DNA of 64,000 bases from Anthoceros angustus (GCA_010909165.1 MU008194.1:186001-250000); one strand, 5' to 3'. Positions 37,873 through 49,150 are shown, counted from the first letter of the stretch. Numbers and translations: made by a program. Notes: generated by a model not told the origin, from the letters alone.

Positions 37873-39388
37873 CAGGACGGGCCAATCCCGGATCCGGAAG
37901 CTCCCGAGAAGCACCCCAAGCTGGATCTGGCTGCTGTCAGACTTGCAGAGATTCAACACTTAAAGGGTGTCTTGACAGGTTCCAATGTAACGGGGCAAAA
38001 TCTGAGGTACGATGCGGATGTTGCGAGAGGAAAGGGTAACGTCGGAGGCTCTGCGCACAGTTGAAACATTATTCCGTGCCTCCACGAAGCGAGGGGTCGG
38101 CAGGGACGGGCGAAGATGGGATGAGGAAGTTATCACAATCCGGCGTCCGGAAGTTCCCGAGGACGAGCCCGAGCTGGATCTGGCTGCAAACACTGAAGAG
38201 TTAATAGATGTCTTGACTGTTCTCATGGTATCGTGGGACGATTTTATGTCCGTTGCAGACAGGGTGAATCGGTTGATAGAGCAAGACTTCAGGATACCGT
38301 CGGAACCTATTCAAGTATTCCTGTTCCGAGTATCCTGGGGGCGAGGGCTCGGGACAAAGTCGGGTGAAGAAACAGAAGGGCCAAAGTCGGGTGAAGAAAC
38401 AGAAGGGCCAAAGTCGGTTGAAGAAAAAGAAGGGCCAAGGTCGGTTCAAGAGAAAGAAGAGCCAAAGTCGGAAGAAGAAGCCATAACTGAAGGCCTGCTT
38501 GCTAGGTTGAGAAATCCCAGCCTAACGATCCAATCTCTGTACCGCATTCAACGCGATGTCGAGCGGCTCAAAGAGGAAGGGGTAGTGGAGGAATTCCTGT
38601 CCCCAGTTGAAGCCCTAATCCGAACCTTGAAGGTGCGAGGGATCCTAAGGGACAGGCCCATGTCGGATTTAGAAGTTCGCTCCACAATCAAATCCTTATT
38701 CGAAGTCGTGCGAAATATCAGCGTGTCGAAGGAAAATCTAGACCACATTCAAACGGTGGTGAATCAGGTGAGAGAGGATGGGGCAAAGTGGGAGGCTCGC
38801 CTGCGCTACCTTGAAGTATTAGTCCAGATGAGGCAACGCGAAGCCCTGGACACCTTGTCGGAGCTTTCGAGAGATAGTACCAGTTCTGGAGACAGTGCTA
38901 GTGGATCCACATCCCCAACACATCAAGGAAGTGAATCCTCATCCCCAAGAGATGAAGAATGTTTCTGGGGAAAGGGTCCTGCAGTTAGTCCATCCGAATC
39001 TGAGTCACTAGGGCGTGGTCAAGCCGAGAAGTCACTGGCTGTGTTGAGACGCCCCGACTTCTGTATGCATCTTGTGAGGAGGATACGAGAAGCGATGAGA
39101 TGGTTCGGGGCAACCTCGGAAGGGCTGAGACAAGTTAACGACAGAATCATCAGGCAATTTTGCGGGGACCCGAGACCGTCGGATCCTCGGCGAAGACTTG
39201 TTCCAGATCCAGACCCATCCGCAGCAGCTGCAGCCAGTTTCGAAAAATTTTTGGACGATGTTGTGGCCTGTGTGGCGAAGTACGAGGAGCCGCCGGCTCC
39301 CACAGTGAAAAACACCGATCCTGTTCGACGGAAATTCTTCCACGAACTGGTCACTTCTTCTCTTCTCAAGCACAAGGACATGAAGTGA
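37873..39388 (+). CDS. Unknown protein with four repeats of a roughly 55-aa helical module and a KSGEETEGP tandem repeat
   Basis: 458-aa ORF 38012-39388 plus a frameshifted upstream part (37864-38064) after a pyrimidine-rich acceptor ...GCCACAG at 37878. 27-bp repeat about x5 at 38352-38470. Confidence 0.65.
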
Positions 39389-39878
39389 AGGTGCCACAAA
39401 AAACTACCGGTCCGCTCTGGACACAAATTCAAATTTGGCTATCATATGTTCTTTGAAGCTCATTACATCTATATTTTATTGAAAACGTAGTATACATACT
39501 TTGGAATACATAATATTTGATAAGAGAATATTATATAGAGATAATAAATTAAAGCTTGAAGATGATTTATAGGTTTTTGTTGGGATGTGTAGAGTATAGA
39601 AGAAGAAGAAGAATTTTATTTAAGTCCACTAAGGACGGATTTTCGTCATGGGATTGAAATATGATAACTGCATAGATTGGTAAACTGGTCTAGACATTAT
39701 AATGTAAAGGTAAAATTCAAACAAGACAAATAATCTTCAATTTATCAACAGTGTCAATGAAATTGCGTGAACGAGGGCTAAACACCACCAATTCATCCCC
39801 ACGAAAGAAATCCACTTAACCTGCAGCACGAGATGCTCTGAAAGCGGGTAACTTCTCCTTCTTAGTCTTCCATTGCAA

Positions 39879-40006
39879 TGGTGTAAGATCCTCATTGATA
39901 TATAACTGAGTGGTGTAAGATCCTCATTGATATATAACTGAGTGGTGTAAGATCCTCATTGATATATAACTGAGTGGTGTAAGATCCTCATTGATATATA
40001 ACTGAG
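39879..40006. repeat. Perfect 32-bp tandem repeat x4 (GTGGTGTAAGATCCTCATTGATATATAACTGA)
   Basis: Head-to-tail copies with no spacers. Confidence 0.95.
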
Positions 40007-40559
40007 TTGTCCGCATAGTCTATTGAAAATTTATCATTTATGAAAAGATATGTGAGTTGTTGTAACTAAAGTTGTTGGTAACCTACATACATTCTTTTAC
40101 TCTATATATAATATATGAGAGATATTCTTGTCGAGTTACGTATTCAAAACGTTCCAGATTACAGTTAAGTTTCACAATATCATTTACTGTTGACTTGTTT
40201 TGCTATTAGTTTCTTGGTACGTTTGTTTACTTCTTTAAAATATTTATATATAAAATAGTTATTTTACTAAACTAACTATTGAATAAGAGATACATTCTAT
40301 AATAGCCAGTAGATTAGTAAGGTAAAATCAAGTAAATGAAAGAAAATCTAATAAATAATTATAAATCAAAATTAATAAAGTAAAATTAGATAAATAAGAA
40401 AAAATCCCATAAATGGTGAATAGCATAAGATATCTAATGAGAACAAGGGCCTAGATTTTCCGTCCAGCCCTTTAGGTACAGTAGAGCTGGCCGAGCTGGC
40501 TGCTTGAAGCCAGGTTATCTAGCCATTAATCTAAAATGGCTTTAGCAACCGTCCTTCGA

Positions 40560-41450
40560 ATTCCATGACAAACTTTAAGACATGTTAAGAGATGCCTTGA
40601 CAGATCCGGTTGTAAACATTCAATGTAGGAAGATACCTGGGAGACATACTGCATCTGCATTCTGGCAGGCTGAGCGTCTTCATACAGAGTTGGCCATACA
40701 TGTTGGGCATCTGGCACATATATACATATGTCTACAAGCTACGGTTTTTTTTGTGCCCCTGCTTGGATTCCTTTTGGTGCTTCTTCCTGCGCTCCTTTTG
40801 GGACCTCTGATTGCTCGACCCATGTGAATGATTCTCTGCTAGAACGGGCAGAGGGTTCTTGCCATCTGGGTAATTGGGTTCTTGGTCGTCGGATTTTGAG
40901 GCATCATCCACAGGAAGAGGCGGCGTCCACATAATGGCAATGTAGTCCTCCTCGATCTCTCTATCAGTTGCTCTCCCCCATGTACGCGGCAGGCGTACCG
41001 GATCTGGGGACGGCGCCGGCCAATTTCCAGTATCGGTATATTGTGACTCTGGTCTCTCAAAGGAAGCGGGTCTGAGCTGGTTGTTGAGTAGGCATCATTG
41101 TCGGGAGCTTGTAGCAATGTACTATGTAGATGAGGCTGCAGTCTGTAAACACGATTTCCTAAATGAAAACAAGCCTGGGAGAGAGCTTGATCAGATCATG
41201 GACTTAAAACATGTGCACATCGTGCAGCACAATGAAGAGATCCCTAGCCTGGACTTCTACTTCCCACGGTTCGCAGTTTGAACAGCACAGACCCTGACAG
41301 GCCTACCACAGGGGAGCTTGACATCATGGACTTGGAACACAGCACGATGAAGAGATCGATATCCCTAGCCTGACCTTCACTTCTCATGGTTCGAAGTTTG
41401 AATAGCACAGATTGGCCCGACAGTCCATCCAACGATATGTACGTCGCTCC
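40560..41450 (-). pseudogene. Inverted, frameshifted paralogue of 1850-2790 (orphan ORF plus upstream repeated motif)
   Basis: TTSSDPLPLRD, SDDQEPNYPDGKNP and NQRSQKERRKKHQKESK match the 2217-2600 ORF. Flanks also match (GTATCTTCCT..AT.GAATGTTT; CCAAGTCCATGAT.TCAAGCTC). Confidence 0.8.
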
Positions 41451-42589
41451 ACTGCATACAAGTGCTGCATTTATGCATGCTAGGCTGAACGGTTCTGCTG
41501 CTCCCGGAGGAACAGGCAACTTAGAAGTTGGAAAGACGTTTCAAAATGATCAGATCTGGCAGTTACCCTTGCAGGAATCATTTGGAATGGATCGGATTTG
41601 AGCCTCCTAGTAGACCTGGATTACAGGACCCAACAGTTTGTCGACTGCAACGGACCATTGAAGCTAAGTGCCAGCGTTTTGAAGCTGGCGCTGACGCTCA
41701 CAGCCCAGACTGTCTAATATCTTCTGCAGCGATTTCAGCATCTTCGCAGCCTCTCAGCATACAACACTGCCAACGTTGCTGACGCTCCCAGCTCGGCCGC
41801 AGTTCCCGTTTGCTCAGGCTCGAAGAAACTCCGCTTCCAATGGCGGAGGCTCCGAAGGATCCGGGTGTGGAAATTCCCACCACGGAGGCGGCCAACATTG
41901 CTGGGCCCTCCAGCCCAGCCAGCAGTACTTCGTCGGTCAGGTCTCAACATATTTGGGTCAGACAGGACAGGCCAATGTCAGATCGGTCAAACAGAACTGC
42001 TGGCTTCGCCGAAAGTGTCAGCAATGATGAAAGGGTCCTGACAGAGAACTTTCGATTCCGAGCTTGTTCCATCCAGTGTGACCGGAATATCTGGAAACCT
42101 CCTCGAAAAGGAACTGCTGGCTAAGGTGGATCCGGAACTCTAAGCAATGTTGGCAGCGTCCTGGCTAAACACTTCTGGATCCGACATCGGCCCTTGCTGT
42201 CTCACCGGAATATCTTGAGACCTGACCGAAGAAGTCCTGCTGGCTGGCTGGGATGGAAGGCCCAGCAATGTTGGCCGTCTCCGTCCTGAGAACCTACAGG
42301 CAGAGAGATACAGGCCGCTCCCTTCATATGTGCTATAAGCCTCAGCAATTCCAACCTGGTCCTGCTGTTTATTGCAGTGAACCACATCAGTTGCTGATTG
42401 CTGCCGGACCACTGCAGTCTGATCTATCGGGGTCTTTGGCATCTCCTGTTCTGCGCAATTGCTGCTTGCTGCGGAGACACTATGAGCCTTCCCTCGATTG
42501 GTTTGATCAGTTGCACTGCAGAAAACCGGGAACAACGCTTCTTCCAAATAAGCTGCAACAGACAAAACGTTCCTCATACGCTACGACCT

Positions 42590-43175
42590 GACCAGCAAAA
42601 TGCGGTTCAGCAAAATGTTGGGGCCCTGGTGGAACATCATACCTTTCGCTTCAATGCTTTGCCAGAACCATTGCTCATTGGCTAGGCTCACAGAGCCCCA
42701 GACCTCAACCTTGTATTTGTCTCCCTGCGCCAAGTGCTGACTGTCAAGGAAAAGTGCTGAACCAAACCAATATCTGTTAGTATGCTCCCTCTTATCCATC
42801 AATAGCATCAGATCCCTCCCCCTCTAGACGTAACTCTGGCAGCACCCTCAAGTGGAGTATACAGAACAGCCTCGTGCACCCGAGATTGTAACTAAAACTT
42901 GTGAGGAAAGAAGGGATATTTTGGCAATTAAGTGTGTGCATTCTCTGGTGAGATTCTTTGAAAATTGACCACCCTGTGCTACTGTCCTGGATTCAAACTC
43001 CTGCCAAACATCTGCACAACAGGCAAATATTTCACAGGTATGACGTAACAGGGATGGTGGACACATCGGTAGCCTTCCTGAATCAAACAAAAGTAGTTCC
43101 GCAGACGGTATTAATATCGACCCACCTACTGCATAGCGAGTCACGCATATATTGAGCCCAAGGAAAGGCTGCAAT
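42590..43175 (-). pseudogene. Isolated BRCT-domain fragment (TopBP1/MEI1-like)
   Basis: PFLGLNICVT..., AQGGQFSKNLTRECTHLIAK, GDKYKV..WGSVSLANEQWFWQSIEAK reproduce the BRCT G-G, THLI and W..(d/q)S pattern across short introns. Confidence 0.65.
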
Positions 43176-43643
43176 TTGTAAGGTTCTGCAGGAACAAGAC
43201 GGTGTTCCCTTGAACATTGGTAGAGCCAATCTACGGTAACAACAGGCTTGCGCCATCTCTAGGCACTCTGCACAAAGCACCAAGAACTGCTTTCAGGATT
43301 GAAAAGACAGACCCAAATCTTAGACAGGTACTTCACGTTGAAGCCCTTAGCATCCGAAAATTTTCTTGCTGTTTATGCATGGAGGGTGTCGGAATACTTG
43401 CGACTGGTTTCTCTTCAGGAGAGAAGGTGGCTTTCTTTTCGGTCATTTTCAGGCTTCAGCACCATTGCTGTGGGATGTTGGAATACTTACACGAGCTTAA
43501 TGCCCTCCCTGGGGAAAATAGAGCATCTTGTTGGGAGCATGTGTGGCGAAATCCAAGATGATCCAAGTCTGATGTACTTACAAGTGTGATGACCTTCCCC
43601 ACATGGGAAAGGCTCCTGCAGTTACTCAAGCCATGTCCCCACC

Positions 43644-43832
43644 ATGGCCAATGAAGTCGAGGAACTAGTGGATATGTTGAGACAACCTGACGTAGCGATG
43701 AACACTTCAAGCATCGTTGAAGAATCCATAGGTTCTTTGAGAAGGCTCGAGGCAACGTCGGACGAGCTCCAACCAGTTGAAGACTTTGTCAGAGCCTTGA
43801 GGATATTTTCCAAGGACCCAGGACCATCGTAG
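43644..43832 (+). CDS. Small ORF equal to one copy of the helical module in the 38012-39388 protein
   Basis: EVEELVDMLRQPDVAMNTSSIVEESIGSLRRLEATSDELQPVEDFVRALR aligns by eye with ITEGLLARLRNPSLTIQSLYRIQRDVERLKEEGVVEEFLSPVEALIRTLK. Confidence 0.4.
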   Translation: MANEVEELVDMLRQPDVAMNTSSIVEESIGSLRRLEATSDELQPVEDFVRALRIFSKDPGPS

Positions 43833-45574
43833 CCTCGAACAAGGTCTCCTTGGGACTGGTGACGGCTCATGGTCACTAGTTGGAAGGGTGTACGCAGGTC
43901 GAAAGGTATACAAAAGCCATCCGAAACCATGTTTTCATGATTCCATTTTAAAAAAAACCCCCGAACCTAGTAGCAAATCATAAAGGGATCCGTTTTACCG
44001 TATTTGTATGTCCTCATCTCATATTACTTTAGCTAACCAGCGGGGTACATTGCCTATAAACGCAGTTTTTGAAAATCAGGGCAACTTTGTATGGACAACA
44101 AAAATGCAAACGCGCAATGGAAAGTCCACATGGGTTGAGTCGGTGTCCACCGTCATGGTCACCCCTCTACATTAGTGGGGAGGGTCGTGGTGGCACCGGA
44201 CGTTCTGTGCATAAACCTTGCATCTCCTGCCCAATGTCGGCGCGGGAGTGGAGGAAGATTTCGGACTGCCTACCGCTCATGTCTGTACACCCGCGAGCCG
44301 CGACCCCCGTCTGCGAATCGTTTGGAAGTGGCTTGCCACTGCCTGGGAATATTTGCATGCGATGGAGACCTCACCTCCCGACAGCCGACTACTGAAACGA
44401 GAATTCCACATGGGCGATGGAAATTGGAAGTTGACCGCAGCTGGTGGCAATCACAACATGGGCAGGTTCCTTTCAAGCACGCCTGGAGTGATCTCGGCCT
44501 GCTTCATTGCTTGGTCCTTTAGGAATTTGTGGTTGAGGCGGAAGCTGGCAGTGCAAACTCGTGACACTGTTGCAACGTGTTGATCAACACCTGGATTCCA
44601 CTACTGGGTTTGGAGCAGTGTGAATTGTGTGGAGGGCAAAGGAGCACCTGACATGTCCAGGTGTCCTTACTGGTGGTCAAGGATAAAATTGGAGAAAGTC
44701 ATACAACATGTTACATGTGTGTACCGAGCCAGGTGTTAGTGCGGCTATCTGTGAAAGCAGTTGAACATCGCAGCATTTCGAAGTTGGATTGTCACATGAA
44801 ATCCATTGTCATCTTCATACACCGGTTGTTTTATCTCGTGGGTTTACAACATACACAGTCTTCCCTAGCATGAGGATTAGGAACAGTTTGGTCATTGTAT
44901 TGTTACGCTGCATGCATGCGAATGGGCGCCGCTTCGCGGAAATCGGTCCGTTGTTTCTGTGAAATCCATACCTTGCCTGACTGTGCAGCAACAGACGCCC
45001 ATGATCTCGCTCATCAAATACCCGGCGTCAATCAGCTGCTGAACACATTCTCCGGAATCGTCACCACTCCCATGCTTCCTGGCTTGCGTGCTCCACCAGC
45101 ACCGTGTTGGTTGTCTAGGTCTGCTCCAGGGACCTTGCCGCCTGATGTGTTTGTTGTGTTCATAGCCTGCTTGCATGCACGTTCGACCAAAGTGCCAGCT
45201 ACCACCGGCTGTCCGGTGCTTAAGACCCACACCGTTTCCTCCTACCAGAATCCTCGAAACAAACACGTAGCCTATCCACTGTCCGCACGACACACCTCGA
45301 TCTGTGGAGCAAAGTTTTCCAATTTTACATCCCCCACCATCTGGCTGTCAAGCCAACCCGCATGAGGGGGCTCTTCTGCATCTTTCACTTGCTGCTCCGC
45401 ATCCCCAAGGACCATTGAGTTGTCGCCTGCAGCTGCTTCACCACATGCCATATGATCCTTGGTCTCAGGCTTCCTCGTTGGTCTCTGCTTCAACGACACA
45501 TATGAACCCCGGGCACCAGTGTGGACCACGGACTCTCCCCGGGGGTAGGAAATGAGTTAGGTTTTGTTTTTTTT

Positions 45575-46923
45575 CGTAGGTACGGAGTACAAAATAAGGC
45601 GGAAAGGAAGAAATAAGCCCGGACTACTCGGGTACTCGGACTCGGAGTAAGGACTCGGAGTAGGTGGAAGGACTCGAGCACACTCGGGTGGTCCGGACTT
45701 ATCGCGATACTCCGGTGCTCGGAGCACACTCGGGCACCGGAGTATCGGATAAGTCCGGACCACACTCGAGCACACTCGGGCACACTCGGGAGGAGGCGGT
45801 CCGGGGGTTGGGGGTCCGGGACTTGAGGACCAGACCCTGGTAATAAGGTCGGACCTTCAGGTCCGAACCCCAGAGACGAGACCGGACCCTGAGGTCCGGA
45901 CTCTAGAAATAAGACCGACTCCTGAAAATCGGACCCCGGAGTCGAGACCGGACCCTGAGGTTCGGACTCAGGAGGAGAGAGGGAGTCATCCCCGACGTGC
46001 TCAGGAGGAGCAGTCAACCGGTGGTCCCATAGGGCGGGGACCCACTCGAAGGCCGGGAGAGGAGGATGTGGTGGTTACAGCGTCGCCCGCGTGTAACTGG
46101 CGGTCTCGGGAAGAGGAAGGGTCCGCCTCGCGGATCATCCGATTGGGTGCGCCGCAGCAGTCAGGGCAGGGAGTGGGGTCATCGGCGCCGAGGCGGAACC
46201 AAGGGCATTCCCAGGCCCACCGCCGACGACGGGAGGGGGGTAAGATGGTAGGCGGCTGATTAGGGCACACTGAGCTGGCCACCCGCTCAGAATAGGAGTG
46301 TAATAAAGACGCCGACCTTGGGCATAGTATAAGAGGGCCGGAGTTGCTCTAGTAAAGTATCTTTCTCTTGGTGTTGATACCGCGTTTCCTTGCAGACCCT
46401 TGTGCGTCTTCTTGCTAACGTGAGTCTGAGTCAGCGGCGAGCAGCGGAGGAACTCGGGAGGAGGCGATCCGAGTCACAGTGACGGACCCTAGCGTGTGGT
46501 GGTGTGTGCGAGGGGCGAACAACCGGGACCTTGCTCGTCCAAAGCGGTGACGGCGTTGGGCGGGCGAGCGTGAGCCGGAGGAACTCGGGAGGCGTGTAGA
46601 GCCCGGACGGAGAGGCCCGGCGAACGACGGAGGAGGTCCGGACCACGCAGCCCACCCGCCTTTTTCCAAAGAACGATGAGTGTAGCGAGAGTGGTAAGAG
46701 GGACGGACTAGAAGTACGAGGGACGGACTGGAATGATACGGACGCGAACGAGTCCTTAAACGTTTGGCCACGCCGAGTCTGTTCGGTGGACGTTACGGGT
46801 AGTTAGTAGTGAAACGATAAACGTATGTGTTTGAGTCCGAAATGGTCGCGGTGTGAGGTGAGAAACGATTGAAACGCGACAAACGGAGCCCATCATTCTC
46901 TTGGGAGCGGACTCCTTACTACA
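45575..46923 (+). mobile_element. LTR-like / repetitive element (about 1.35 kb) rich in CACTCGG and GGACC motifs
   Basis: Imperfect inverted ends (CGTAGGTACGGAGT vs reverse complement of ACTCCTTACTACA). TATAAGAG box at about 46329 followed by a CT-rich leader. Internal 30-bp hairpin. No TSD found. Confidence 0.45.
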
Positions 46924-49150
46924 ACGACATGGGATTGTGCGCGCGCGGCTGGCCATCAGCGAAAGTCGCGCCACAACCAGCCATGTTGTTCACCATGGGC
47001 TCCTTATTGAACGTCTTGCCGCCTCCATAGCCAGGCTCCTCGCCTACCTCCTCCTCTTCCGTCGGCCAGCTGTCCATTGAATTGATTCGCATGAATTGAG
47101 CGCACCTAGGATCCACATCAACAGAAATGACATTACGGCATAACTGAACAGCTGCTATCATATAAGATCCCGATCCTGCAGCCCAAAGACCCAATCTCCC
47201 TCATCAGACAATGAATCAACCTCTTCAAGAGTGTTAGGGGCTTCTGATAGGGGGAAACAACCCGATCATCTGCAGTGTTGTAACACAATTTTAGTTCCAC
47301 TACTCGCTCGGCAAACAAAGTTGTCACTCCACCGCCAAGTTGCGTCGGTTCTCTGAGTATAAACGGTTGAGGCACACAATCCTTATCCAAGCTCCCTGCG
47401 GCGCAAGTGAAAAAGTCCCCTGCATCGTACAGCCTGTCCTCTGACAATGTTGTTACATTGGTTTTATGCCGAATATGTCACAAAGACCCCGCACGCTTCC
47501 ATCAGCACTTCTCTCACCATAGATGTGTCATCCGGAGAATGGAAGACCACAATACGAAATACCTGGGATGTGGTGATGCCTTTGAACTGCATGATGACCC
47601 CTTCAAACTCTGCCTTGGTAAATCTTGTGTCATACTCTCGTGATTGGGGATCTAGATCCAAGCCTCTGGGGAGGTCTAACAACAGCAAAGCATACGGTCG
47701 AGGCTCTACAAACCGGGCCATGTTCACTATGTTGCCACACAGTATCCCGACCTTGCTGGGTTTTTCTGGCTTGGAGTCGTTCACGATGGTCATCAGCTTA
47801 TCCTCAGATGTGGTCGATTTCAAGGCACGTTGCGACTCCTCCATCTGCTTCCAAGCTCTGGCCTTGAATATGTGCTCCTTGAAGTTCTCAGGTAGGGCAC
47901 CCCACTCAAGGCAAGTGTTGGCACGCTGCAGACATGAAAGACACAACCCACCAATCAAATGCAACCGGACGTTCTACTGTTCGAATGTACGGTGTTAAGG
48001 CCTCCACTTTCCATGACTTATAAGGACAAGAAGCACCACAAGAGAGAAACTCTGTTTTGGGTATAGCTAAGTGTTCATCGAGGACCCGTTTTTGAAGGCA
48101 GGCTGGAAGTTACTAATTTGATTCACCATGCGATGTCGGGATATCGTTCTGAACCTCTTCAAATGTCTCACAGTGCAAATGCTTGGCGATGTCACATGGA
48201 TGAGGTTGAGTTTTTGGCCTTGTCCACCCACACGAACATTTGTTTCAATGTCAATTCTCCAGCCAAGACTTTCATGCATCTTTGTCTTCAAGTTGTTGTT
48301 CCAGTGCGGTATTCGATGCCACGAAACACTTCCATACCCTCACCGGTATACTAAGCTCCTTTGTGTCAATGACCAAGTTTGCTCTAACTTGAGTTGTCTT
48401 CCTTGAATTCTGCGGGCCTTATTTGTTTGGCTATGAGCTGCTTCCACCTTTCGAGCAAGCTGTTCGTCTCCCACTTCTCAAAGATTTCATCCACGTACTT
48501 CCACCTCATCATCAACCTTCGCAACACAATAATCCGATGTCCGGTTGTCCACGAGGCGGTGATAAGCGACCTTAGGTCCATGCTTGGTCGCATCCCACTT
48601 AGGAACCACCTTGACGGGCATATATCTCAACTTCAATCTAAGTCACACTTGACCCATCAGCTAGCAGGCCTTCATCTCGATTCGATGTACCTCACACGAT
48701 CGGAAGTAAAAGTCTTCACGGCATCCGCAATGGTGTTGTGATTAGTGGCAACTAACCTCATCTCCTCATTTGTGAGGCCAGCAAGAACATATGCATCCAT
48801 CCACCTGTACTCTTGAACCAATGGATACAAGTTGGCTAGTCTAGATCTGGCCTGGAAGGAATGATTCCCTCCCAATACATCAGATTTGTAAACCCCCCGA
48901 TCCACCTCATCCATGAACAGCGTCTCTCAGCATAGGGGTTATTCTCCATTAAAGGGGTTTGGGTCCCTAAAGACCAAAAAATGACCCCCGAAAACGGGCC
49001 AAAATGCATCATCTTTAGCAAAACCACTCTTTAAACATGTACTGAAAGATATTGACCATGTTATTTTCTCGTGAATACTTACACTAACAGGGTTTAAGCC
49101 GAAGAAGGTTCGCGGATTTCACCTTCACAAGGAAGGGATTTCAAGGATTT
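46919..49150 (-). pseudogene. ParB-like domain plus beta-class N4-cytosine/N6-adenine DNA methyltransferase (frameshifted)
   Basis: ParB-like: DVLGGNHSFQARSRL...AYVLAGLTNEEMRLVATNHN. MTase in beta order: ILCGNIVNMARFVEPRPYALLLLDLPRG (GD...D.I.TDPPY equivalent), HKTN....RL...GDFF, SPYQKPLTLLKRLIH.LSDEGDWV (motif X), AGSGSYMIAAVQLCRNVISVDVDP (motif I-II). Confidence 0.8.

Noticed and set aside
39879-40006. 32-bp direct repeats as a CRISPR array
   Set aside because: No spacers (units are contiguous), eukaryotic context and no cas genes.
43560-43660. WERLLQLLKPCPHHG resembling Athila/Tat gag (WERFK.LLR.CPHHG)
   Set aside because: A single short motif with no other gag/pol, LTR or PBS support; too weak to call.
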